Shown piece by piece: positions 6,373 to 13,409 of a stretch of 13,409 nt of DNA. The notes below the pieces were generated by a model. The model was not told the DNA's origin, did no database searches, and saw nothing but the letters and a program-made list of their open reading frames with translations. Origin of the DNA: Candidatus Hermodarchaeota archaeon. GTDB lineage: Archaea; Asgardarchaeota; Hermodarchaeia; Hermodarchaeales; Hermodarchaeaceae. The stretch spans positions 1 to 13,409 of the forward strand of contig JAEOTO010000026.1 of NCBI GenBank assembly GCA_016839805.1. The letters are read 5' to 3'. A program made the position numbers and the translations under genes. Numbering within the stretch: the first letter of the stretch is position 1; each line of letters starts with the position of its first letter.

Positions 6373-7074
6373 TCATTTTTGATGCTGGAACCGTTGCGTG
6401 GGCAGATCAAGGGCAATTTCGAGACTGTGAATAAGCATGCCTACAATAGTAGTGGTTGGTAAGGGTTCGGGATCAAAGCTCATCTGGTGGTCAACGAGTT
6501 TAGTTAAAGTCGCCACAGGGGTTCCATGAGGAAAGCCGCCGACGAGTACAACCGGCTTCTCTTCGGAGATAAGTTGTTCGGCGAAATGGACAGGACTGGT
6601 GGGAGTGCCACTATGAGAGAGTAGGTAAATGGTACTTGGAGAAATTCCTTGGAGATAGGTCTTCAAGGGTCCTTGATGTACTTGCATTAGGGGAGGTCCC
6701 TTAATGGGCACTCGTTGAGAAACAAGTAATTGTTCCACGAGGCCAATAAATCGGGCTATCCGACGTGGTAAGCGGGTTCCAGGGGCAATTTGAATAATCG
6801 AACCGCTATAAATGTGAATGAACACTTCTAACTGGCCCTCTCGTGCTAAGACGCTATCCAGTGCAGTTAAGATGCTGCGATGAGCAATGTCTGGTCGTCC
6901 ACGCTTCTCTGAGTCAGGAAGCGTCTGTAAAGCCTTTGAATGAAGAGCTTCATCAAGGAGAATCTGGTGGGGTGGTTTTCCTCTGAGCTTGGCACTGGTA
7001 ACGACACTGATGTCTTGCATGATTTCATCTGGTACTAATTCTAATGCCGTCTCAACAAGTCCAAGAACTAACAT
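6373..7074 (-). CDS. nep1: Nep1/Emg1 SPOUT-class SSU rRNA pseudouridine N1-methyltransferase
   Basis: ETALELVP, LLD...H, KRGRPDIAH..L.ALDS.L, RLPR...RFIGL.EQL, VGGFPHG motifs. Confidence 0.95.
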   Translation of the reverse strand: MLVLGLVETALELVPDEIMQDISVVTSAKLRGKPPHQILLDEALHSKALQTLPDSEKRGRPDIAHRSILTALDSVLAREGQLEVFIHIYSGSIIQIAPGTRLPRRIARFIGLVEQLLVSQRVPIKGPPLMQVHQGPLKTYLQGISPSTIYLLSHSGTPTSPVHFAEQLISEEKPVVLVGGFPHGTPVATLTKLVDHQMSFDPEPLPTTTIVGMLIHSLEIALDLPTQRFQHQK

Positions 7075-7124
7075 CTCACAGATATTCTTCTCAACAAAGT
7101 AAAAATGAGTTTGTTCAAGCGATC

Positions 7125-7481
7125 CTATTCGTCAATTTTGAGATATCCACGCCTTTCAAGCCAAGCGGCTTCGCCCTGGGAATAGCGCCACGTGATGTCA
7201 CCGCGTTTATCCGTTTGAAAATCCCAGGGTGCAACAAGAACTACGTCGCCTTCTCGGATCCAGGTTCGTTTTTTCATGGTTCCCCTAATTCGGCAGAGTC
7301 GTGCTTTACCATCGGCACATTTAACGCGTACCCGGTCATAACCAAGAAGTTGAACGGCAATTCCGAGAACTTCGCCTTCTCGAGGAATCCGGACGCGAAT
7401 TACTTCGCCGTCTTGGCTCGACTGACCTTTGAGTCGACGACGTGACCTGCCTGATTTTCCTTTTCGACGGGGTTTAGACAT
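7125..7481 (-). CDS. eif1a: Translation initiation factor 1A (aIF1A)
   Basis: RVRIPREGEVLG...LLG..RVRVKCADGK.RLCRIRGTMKKRTWIREGDVVLVAPWDFQ...RGDI.WRY; AGGAG SD at 7489-7493. Confidence 0.98.
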   Translation of the reverse strand: MSKPRRKGKSGRSRRRLKGQSSQDGEVIRVRIPREGEVLGIAVQLLGYDRVRVKCADGKARLCRIRGTMKKRTWIREGDVVLVAPWDFQTDKRGDITWRYSQGEAAWLERRGYLKIDE

Positions 7482-7523
7482 GGTAATACTCCTAATTTGA
7501 ATGGGCTACAACTAGAAGACGAG

Positions 7524-7532
7524 TATATAAAA
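7524..7532 (-). promoter_or_regulatory. Internal TATA box for aIF1A
   Basis: TTTTATATA on the minus strand right after the NMD3 stop codon. Confidence 0.65.
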
Positions 7533-7536
7533 TTGC

Positions 7537-8631
7537 TCACTGACGGTGACTTGGCAGCTCATCAATCTCAACGTCGGGAAGAAGTACCAAACTATCATCC
7601 CATTCAATGGCGGAGACCATAGATCCAACCTGTAATGGTTTTGATGGATCGGGATAATCATAGATTGTGAAATCCCTCTGACTCATCAACTGGTAAACAT
7701 CGTCCTCCAAAGAAATCACTTGATAGGAATGAATTTGATCGTTGAGGGATTGGGCGTCAATTTCTGCGAGTTCTTTAGGACTGAGGTTTTGTTTTTGTCC
7801 GGATTTTAGGTTTGTAAGAGTATAACGACCATTCCGTAGACCTGTAATCATGAATGGCTGTTGCATGTACTCAATTACATCCCGAATTTCAAAGGGGGGA
7901 AATCGCAAGGCATAGGTTTCCCGCGTTAATGTCTTACCATCGCGAGTCCGCCCTGCTAATTTACTGGAGACTTTGAGGAGTAATCCAAAGTGTGTAGCCA
8001 GATTTTTAGCAAGACTTCGGCAGAACCGCCCTGAAATACATTTGATGTCAAAACCCTCGCGCTTTTCTGTGAATTTTAACGTGGATTTCGGTAAATCATG
8101 ATCGTTCAGTCGTTGAGTGATATATGCTGCAATTTGGTTCCCCTGAGCGGGTGAAAGCTTCCCTGATGCGGTTCGAACCTGAATGGTAGCTTCGAAATAG
8201 CCTCCAGCAGTCTGTTTGCATTGACCACAAAGAACTAGTGTAATAGGGAGAGTGAGTTGTTGTTTTTCTCGATAGTTCAGAGTGTGGATTGTAGCCGTTA
8301 TATCTACATCCACTTTCTTTGTTTTTGAAAGGGGGGTTCCAGAGGAATCAACAAGTTCCACTTCGAAAGTTGCAGGCTCACTAGGATCAAAGAGAGGATC
8401 AAGAAGGTCACAAACCATGTTATAAACGTGGTCAGCATCCGGAACGGATCCTTGGTGTACCCATCGACCACTAGTGTAGTAGGCGTTGCATCGCGGACAC
8501 ACTTTGGCCTCGGGAGGACGACGAAGTACAATGAGCGGATGTTGCTCAAAATAGCATTGAGCGCAAAACCCTTTCACAAAAGGTTGAGCTTTAGTCTGAT
8601 CTTTTCCACATTTTGGGCAGCTACGGGTCAT
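7537..8631 (-). CDS. nmd3: NMD3-family large-subunit biogenesis factor
   Basis: Four CxxC pairs (CPKC, CAQC, CPRC, CGQC), GGYFEATIQVR signature, C-terminal SH3/OB-like region; adjacent to DUF424 as is usual in archaea. Confidence 0.92.
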   Translation of the reverse strand: MTRSCPKCGKDQTKAQPFVKGFCAQCYFEQHPLIVLRRPPEAKVCPRCNAYYTSGRWVHQGSVPDADHVYNMVCDLLDPLFDPSEPATFEVELVDSSGTPLSKTKKVDVDITATIHTLNYREKQQLTLPITLVLCGQCKQTAGGYFEATIQVRTASGKLSPAQGNQIAAYITQRLNDHDLPKSTLKFTEKREGFDIKCISGRFCRSLAKNLATHFGLLLKVSSKLAGRTRDGKTLTRETYALRFPPFEIRDVIEYMQQPFMITGLRNGRYTLTNLKSGQKQNLSPKELAEIDAQSLNDQIHSYQVISLEDDVYQLMSQRDFTIYDYPDPSKPLQVGSMVSAIEWDDSLVLLPDVEIDELPSHRQ

Positions 8632-8637
8632 GGTAGT

Positions 8638-8949
8638 TCATTTCGTTACAACTACTTGCGCATGGGGAACATTCTGAATGCGAATCACGCCACGTTCATG
8701 AATAAGTTGAGCCTTCAACGCTTCTTGCACAATACATTCGCCCACGATATTCGCGATAGTGGCTTGTTCTATTGCGGCAATCCCTTCCTCAACAGGGACA
8801 AGCTTGCCTTTGTAAAAGGTTTCACTGATATGGATGCACCTGTCACCTTCTTCAAAGGATTGCCCTAGAATATCCTGGTCACAAATCGCAACGATGTATT
8901 CCCCCTCACGATGAATTCGATTCAAATAGACGCGCATAATCATCCACAC
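8638..8949 (-). CDS. DUF424 family protein
   Basis: IVAICDQDILG..F, ISETFYKG, ATIANIVG..IV..A, I.NVPHAQ motifs. Confidence 0.92.
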   Translation of the reverse strand: MWMIMRVYLNRIHREGEYIVAICDQDILGQSFEEGDRCIHISETFYKGKLVPVEEGIAAIEQATIANIVGECIVQEALKAQLIHERGVIRIQNVPHAQVVVTK

Positions 8950-8972
8950 CTAGACTCTCTCGATAAGCCTCA

Positions 8973-9557
8973 TTAACCCTTCAAAGGAGTACGTCCACCA
9001 CATGCACTACACACTAACATGAGAAGGCGATCTTCCCGGCGAATTTCAGTATCCGGTCGTTGGCATACAGGGCATACGACAAACTCATCGGTATATTTGG
9101 CTACAAGATCTTCTAATGCTCGTGAGGTGAATCGTCCATTGAACATGGCTTGAGCACCTTGGAGTTCTCCTGCAGTTGCTAGCTCTTGTGCAAGAAATCG
9201 GATGAGATGCTTTGGATCACGACGGAGCGTGTCGGTAATATCCTTGAAATTACGAATAATTGTCCGAGAACCCTGGATGAACGAGTCGACCTGCGGCAGT
9301 TGAAATCGAGGCTGATCAAAGACTTCCGGAGGAATTTGGTCACGTGCGCGTTTTAGAAGGGCTTCGTAATCGTCGGTGTGAGGTGTGGTTGTAGTGGTTT
9401 TTGCTTTTGCCGATTTAGGTTTGGTCTTTGCTTTAGCTTTTGCACTGGATTTGGGCTTTGCCTTCGATTTGGTCTTTGGCGCAGCTTTGGGTGCCGATTT
9501 GGCTTTCTGACTCTTGGTGGCTTTCTTTGTTGGCTTCTTGGTGGTTTTTGGTGGCAC
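8973..9557 (-). CDS. eif2b: Translation initiation factor 2 beta subunit (aIF2-beta) with a ~60-aa Lys/Ala/Pro/Thr-rich N-terminal extension
   Basis: YEALLKRA..QIP, RF.LP, G.RTIIRNF..I...LRRDPKHL..FL..ELATAG, zinc ribbon CPVC.RPDT...CSACG; GTG start with a GAGG SD. Confidence 0.96.
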   Translation of the reverse strand: MPPKTTKKPTKKATKSQKAKSAPKAAPKTKSKAKPKSSAKAKAKTKPKSAKAKTTTTTPHTDDYEALLKRARDQIPPEVFDQPRFQLPQVDSFIQGSRTIIRNFKDITDTLRRDPKHLIRFLAQELATAGELQGAQAMFNGRFTSRALEDLVAKYTDEFVVCPVCQRPDTEIRREDRLLMLVCSACGGRTPLKG

Positions 9558-9723
9558 GTGTTTTCGCCTCTCATTATTGCACCCAATTCAAGGGATTGCT
9601 GCTTCATAAACCATCTGTTTTACGTACGCAAAGTTCAGCAGGTTATGAAAAATGCCTAGTTACTTGGGTGCTTCAGGATTAGGTGGTGTGAACCCATAGT
9701 TACACAAAAGGATTTGGTTTGAT

Positions 9724-10494
9724 TTAGGATTTCTTGTAGCGATGAATTTCAGGTTCGTACACAAGGCCCTCGCTAAGTAAATCAATCAGAACTTGTTCCA
9801 CAACTTCCTCTTCTGCTCCTCCTGTAGCATCAAGGATTTGTTCGAACCGAGCGCCGCCTTCAGAATCATATTTTTCAATGGTCTGTATTACGAGGCGTCG
9901 TAGTTCTGGAGAGGGAACCGGGCCCTCTTCTTCTACTCTTCTGTCTAAGGTTGCAGTAGCATTATGCCATACGCCGGGTTCGAGATCCATTTGTTTTGAA
10001 GGCTGAGGAGGTTCTTCACTTGCTGCTAAATCGAGACTGGTGGTTTCGACTTGTCCTTCTAACATATGGGGCTCTCTTCGTGAATTGGCCAGCTCTAGAA
10101 GTCGAATGGTTTCCCAATTTGGATCTTCTAATTTTCGGATGATTTCACCATTAATATACGCTTCACCCTGAAAGCTGCGCACTTTGCCCACAGCTAAAAC
10201 TAGGTCTCCTACGCGAATATCAGCGAGTTTTGCACTCTGTTCGTCCCACATCATTACACGAATTACACCAGTGCCATCATCCAAAGTGATGGCTGCAAAC
10301 TTCTTCCCCCCCTGGTCTAATCGTTCCTGTGGCGTTGTATATCGATCAACAACCGTTGCAATGATGTTAACTCGACTAATTTGACCAAGATAGGTAGTGA
10401 CTCCAACGACATTTCCTCGTTCATTAGCAATTAATTCGCCATCTTGAATATCCTGAATAGCTAACTTCGCGGCGGTGGAGCGCTTCGAAAACAT
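9724..10494 (-). CDS. RPA32/RPA2-like OB-fold ssDNA-binding protein with a C-terminal winged helix
   Basis: SRVNIIATVVD, ITLDDGTGVIRV..W, GDLVLAVGKVRSF.GE.YI..EII.K OB fold; acidic/Pro linker; LIDLLSEGLVYEP winged-helix tail. Confidence 0.85.
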   Translation of the reverse strand: MFSKRSTAAKLAIQDIQDGELIANERGNVVGVTTYLGQISRVNIIATVVDRYTTPQERLDQGGKKFAAITLDDGTGVIRVMMWDEQSAKLADIRVGDLVLAVGKVRSFQGEAYINGEIIRKLEDPNWETIRLLELANSRREPHMLEGQVETTSLDLAASEEPPQPSKQMDLEPGVWHNATATLDRRVEEEGPVPSPELRRLVIQTIEKYDSEGGARFEQILDATGGAEEEVVEQVLIDLLSEGLVYEPEIHRYKKS

Positions 10495-10527
10495 ACCGAA
10501 TCGAACCCTATTCTTTTACCTTCCTTA

Positions 10528-10535
10528 TTATATAA
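10528..10535 (-). promoter_or_regulatory. TATA box for the RPA32-like gene
   Basis: TTATATAA 33 nt upstream of ATG 10494. Confidence 0.55.
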
Positions 10536-10607
10536 TCTTCAAAAAGCTTCTTCAACGCGAACTTAAACTGCAAGATAAGCACGAACCTGTGACAAAAACG
10601 ATGATAT

Positions 10608-13409
10608 TTACGTGGGAAAGTCAACGGCTTCATCAGGTTGGCTAGGGTTTGGGAATGGTGACGCATTAACAGGAATAAAGCAGCCCTCATCATGAAGTTG
10701 TTCAAGAGCATTAGCGATATCGAATTTCTTCTTGGATCCATACTTTTCTACAGCTGCCACAAAAAGCTGTGGGAGGAAGAGACGCCCCTCTTTATTCGCA
10801 AGTTTTACAGCTAAAGCGTAGATCTTCCGTGGAAAACCTCGCGAAGGCGGTTTTGCGCATTCATAGGCTAGAAGTAATTCGCCGTGAAAACTTGCTTCAA
10901 CGATTTCTGAGGCGGGATCAAACATGTCAATACGCCCGTCAAACCTCTCTAATTCTGATCCAAATCGGGTTTCAAACTGAGTCGTGAAGCTAGCCAGTGA
11001 TTCAGTAATTTCTTCACTAGGTGATGAGTCTAAAATCAGAACACTCACAATGTGGGTACCCTCACGGAGACTGAGATGTAAATCCTTGTAGTGAATGTCT
11101 CGTAGCTGCGACTCTCGGTCAACCTCCCCTGAGAGTTCGCTATAGAATGAATTGACAGCCGAAATAAATCCTGCTAGTAACGTACTAGGCATCTCGCCCC
11201 CAGCAAAATCATAGGTAAATATCGGCAACCCAGTTTTCGAATATGTAACAAAAAGAGCCCGCAAATCCATTAAGCCCATAATCCGTTGTGCCCACATCCC
11301 CCCACTCTCTTCTAACTTCCTTTGTCGGGCTAACTTACTGGGACGAACACGTTTTACATAAATTACAGACCCAATGATGATAATAAGGACGATTAAAACA
11401 AGCAATGGCCAGTAGGCTAAAAGGAGTTCAGCCCACCACGGCATATCTGTCAAGGGTAGGATCGCTTCCGATGCAATCATGAATATAGTGGCAATTTCAC
11501 AGGCACCATTGTATTCTGCTGATGCCCACAAATAGGGGTCAGTGTTCCCATTATCCCACACATAACTTGGAATTTGGACGAAAAGAAGGCCCAAGCCAAA
11601 CACATCAGTGGTAATCGCCTCTGAAGCCAAAGAGACACTTGTACCGTTCGCATATTGCACCCAGACAACAAGGTCAACATTTCCTCCCACTATGACCGAA
11701 CCATTCTCCAAGGTCAAACCAATAGTTACTGCGATTTGAGTGCCAGGATAAATAATGGTAGGAAGCTGAAGGGTCAAAATCGGTGTTAACTTAGCTAAAA
11801 CCTCAAGGGTCAAACTAATGGTTTGATTCTGATGGTTCGTCCGCTGAGCAAAAACATCCACTGCATACGAAGTCGGGGTTATTCCGGTTAAGTTCAAAAT
11901 GAGCCGGTACACACCATTGCCCTGAGACGTCAAAGGATAGGTAGTAGTTTGAAAGACTGCCCAAACGGTCGCTGAACCAACACCAAACCCCGTATTAGTA
12001 TTGATAAAGGTCACATCAAAGACAAGAGTTTCGTTTTCGTATTGAGAGGGAGTAAAATCGTTATTTTCTGGGGTAAGAGATGTGGCCCAAACAAGATGGA
12101 AGGTTTGTGTAGTGAATTGAATTACATAATTTTGAACACTAATGTTGAATGTAATTGTCCACCAACCGACTGGTGCACCCGTAGTGGAGCAGCGGACTGT
12201 ATAGGTCCCATCCAGATTATCAAGAAAACTAATTGTTGACCAGTTCCCCTGGACCACCGCACCAACGAGTCCCTGTGGGGTAAAGTCTTGGTATGTCAAC
12301 TCAATTATGAAATCAGTATCATAGACAACAGGAGCGGAGGAAAGCACCTGCACAGAAAGTTGGGAGGGGCGAATTAACACATCGACGAGATCCTGATAAA
12401 TTTGGGGTTCATATCCTGCAAGGGAAATGGTCAACGTGATATTGTAGGTGCTATCACCACCACTGGTATTCAAAATAAATTGCAAATGATAGGTTCCATC
12501 CAACAAATCAAACGTTATGAATGGGGTAAAGGGTGTCCCATTCAAAAGACACGAAACGCTGGCTCCAACAATTCCTGTCCCATCCGATTGTTTTTGATAG
12601 GTCAACGTTACATTGAAGGCTTCTCCCCCATTCACACTCGGAGGAGCACTTCCTGAAATTGTCGTTGCTTCTCCTTGCACTGTAAGTGTAACCAACAAAG
12701 TGGTATCTTGATAATAAAAACCAGGTTTTGACGCATTAACAACAAGGTTATGGGTTCCTACGCCTAGAACCGTTCCCTGCAAAAGAACCGTATAGTTTCC
12801 CCCTCCTTCTTCGGATAACACACTAAAGAAAGGACCGGGATCCGAAATATTCACTTGCGCCCCTTCGATGCCTCCCTCTCCTAACGGCGTTAACACTGAA
12901 TAATTCACTTCTAAAGTCACACTTTCAGTATAACTAATGGAAAGAGAAGTCCAGTTCGCCACTAATTGTGTTTTCGACCACAATGTAAGCGATACGGTAG
13001 TCGTGGCAGAGGCATAACCTTGTCGATCCGCTTTTACCAGACCTACATTGACACCACGACCTAATCCCATCAGCGAAGTATCGATAGAGCGTTCATAATA
13101 GCCAGATCCAACATCAAATAGGGAATATGTCGACATGCCGAAGGTGACATTGACTTCATCGGCGTTTTCGATACCTGCGATATTATACGTATCCTCGTAG
13201 TAGACGCGGATATTGACGTTATCGCCAATGAGACTTGTATAGGGACCAAGATTATCAGATACTGTCGTCGGGTAGACCAGATGTACGCTGCTGAGTCCCA
13301 CGCCGACGTGGTAGCTGTTATTCCACACGACCTCACAGCGCATTGTAACATTAGTTATCAGGTATGTATTGGGTGTGAAAGATGGAAAGGTCAGTAATCC
13401 AGCAACTGG
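10608..13409 (-). CDS. Large single-pass surface protein: Ig-like repeats + TM + cytoplasmic longin-like domain + probable winged helix; 5'-truncated by the window
   Basis: The frame stays open for 22 codons upstream of ATG 13343 (PVAGLLTFPSFTPNTYLITNVT) to the window edge. It has ~100-aa beta repeats with G.Y motifs, TM LLLAYWPLLVLIVLIIIIGSVIYV-KR, then SKTGLPIF...LLAGFISAVNSF..E...FETRF..EL..FDG....F, typical of Asgard longin-like domains. Confidence 0.85.
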   Translation of the reverse strand, partial: PVAGLLTFPSFTPNTYLITNVTMRCEVVWNNSYHVGVGLSSVHLVYPTTVSDNLGPYTSLIGDNVNIRVYYEDTYNIAGIENADEVNVTFGMSTYSLFDVGSGYYERSIDTSLMGLGRGVNVGLVKADRQGYASATTTVSLTLWSKTQLVANWTSLSISYTESVTLEVNYSVLTPLGEGGIEGAQVNISDPGPFFSVLSEEGGGNYTVLLQGTVLGVGTHNLVVNASKPGFYYQDTTLLVTLTVQGEATTISGSAPPSVNGGEAFNVTLTYQKQSDGTGIVGASVSCLLNGTPFTPFITFDLLDGTYHLQFILNTSGGDSTYNITLTISLAGYEPQIYQDLVDVLIRPSQLSVQVLSSAPVVYDTDFIIELTYQDFTPQGLVGAVVQGNWSTISFLDNLDGTYTVRCSTTGAPVGWWTITFNISVQNYVIQFTTQTFHLVWATSLTPENNDFTPSQYENETLVFDVTFINTNTGFGVGSATVWAVFQTTTYPLTSQGNGVYRLILNLTGITPTSYAVDVFAQRTNHQNQTISLTLEVLAKLTPILTLQLPTIIYPGTQIAVTIGLTLENGSVIVGGNVDLVVWVQYANGTSVSLASEAITTDVFGLGLLFVQIPSYVWDNGNTDPYLWASAEYNGACEIATIFMIASEAILPLTDMPWWAELLLAYWPLLVLIVLIIIIGSVIYVKRVRPSKLARQRKLEESGGMWAQRIMGLMDLRALFVTYSKTGLPIFTYDFAGGEMPSTLLAGFISAVNSFYSELSGEVDRESQLRDIHYKDLHLSLREGTHIVSVLILDSSPSEEITESLASFTTQFETRFGSELERFDGRIDMFDPASEIVEASFHGELLLAYECAKPPSRGFPRKIYALAVKLANKEGRLFLPQLFVAAVEKYGSKKKFDIANALEQLHDEGCFIPVNASPFPNPSQPDEAVDFPT

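Noticed and set aside
5724-8868. Longer antisense ORFs (5724..6206, 7044..7445, 8428..8868) and other shadow ORFs in the track
   Set aside because: They are antisense or alternate-frame shadows of clearly conserved genes, with no recognisable motifs.
9375-9557. Repetitive DNA (TTTGG/TTTGC units) as a tandem repeat or CRISPR
   Set aside because: Explained by Lys/Ala/Pro codons of the aIF2-beta tail; no constant repeat-spacer period.
13341-13343. ATG 13343 as the start of the large surface protein
   Set aside because: The frame is open to the window edge and no signal peptide follows this ATG.

Overview
Core-genome window from an archaeon, most likely an Asgard (Promethearchaeota) lineage; this is inferred from a single-pass surface protein with a cytoplasmic longin-type domain. 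From left to right it holds: the 5' ~345 nt of a 16S rRNA gene (minus strand, runs off the window) with its leader and TATA box; a wHTH regulator fused to a Yip1-like membrane domain, divergent from a secreted, C-terminally anchored glycoprotein; a class I SAM methyltransferase; four CCA-encoding tRNA genes (Ala-UGC, Glu-UUC, Leu-UAG, Asn-GUU); a conserved hypothetical gene; a minus-strand translation/ribosome-biogenesis cluster (RPA32-like, aIF2-beta, DUF424, NMD3, aIF1A, Nep1, Rio1, Dim2/Pno1); and a 5'-truncated Ig-repeat/TM/longin/wHTH protein. No mobile element or CRISPR array was seen. The most notable observations are two tRNA introns at non-canonical positions (59/60 and 30/31) with strict BHB motifs, eukaryote-like basic N-terminal tails on both aIF1A and aIF2-beta, possible translational-control leaders on rio1 and aIF2-beta, and the receptor-like longin protein. 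All family calls come from motif recognition by eye; no searches were run.
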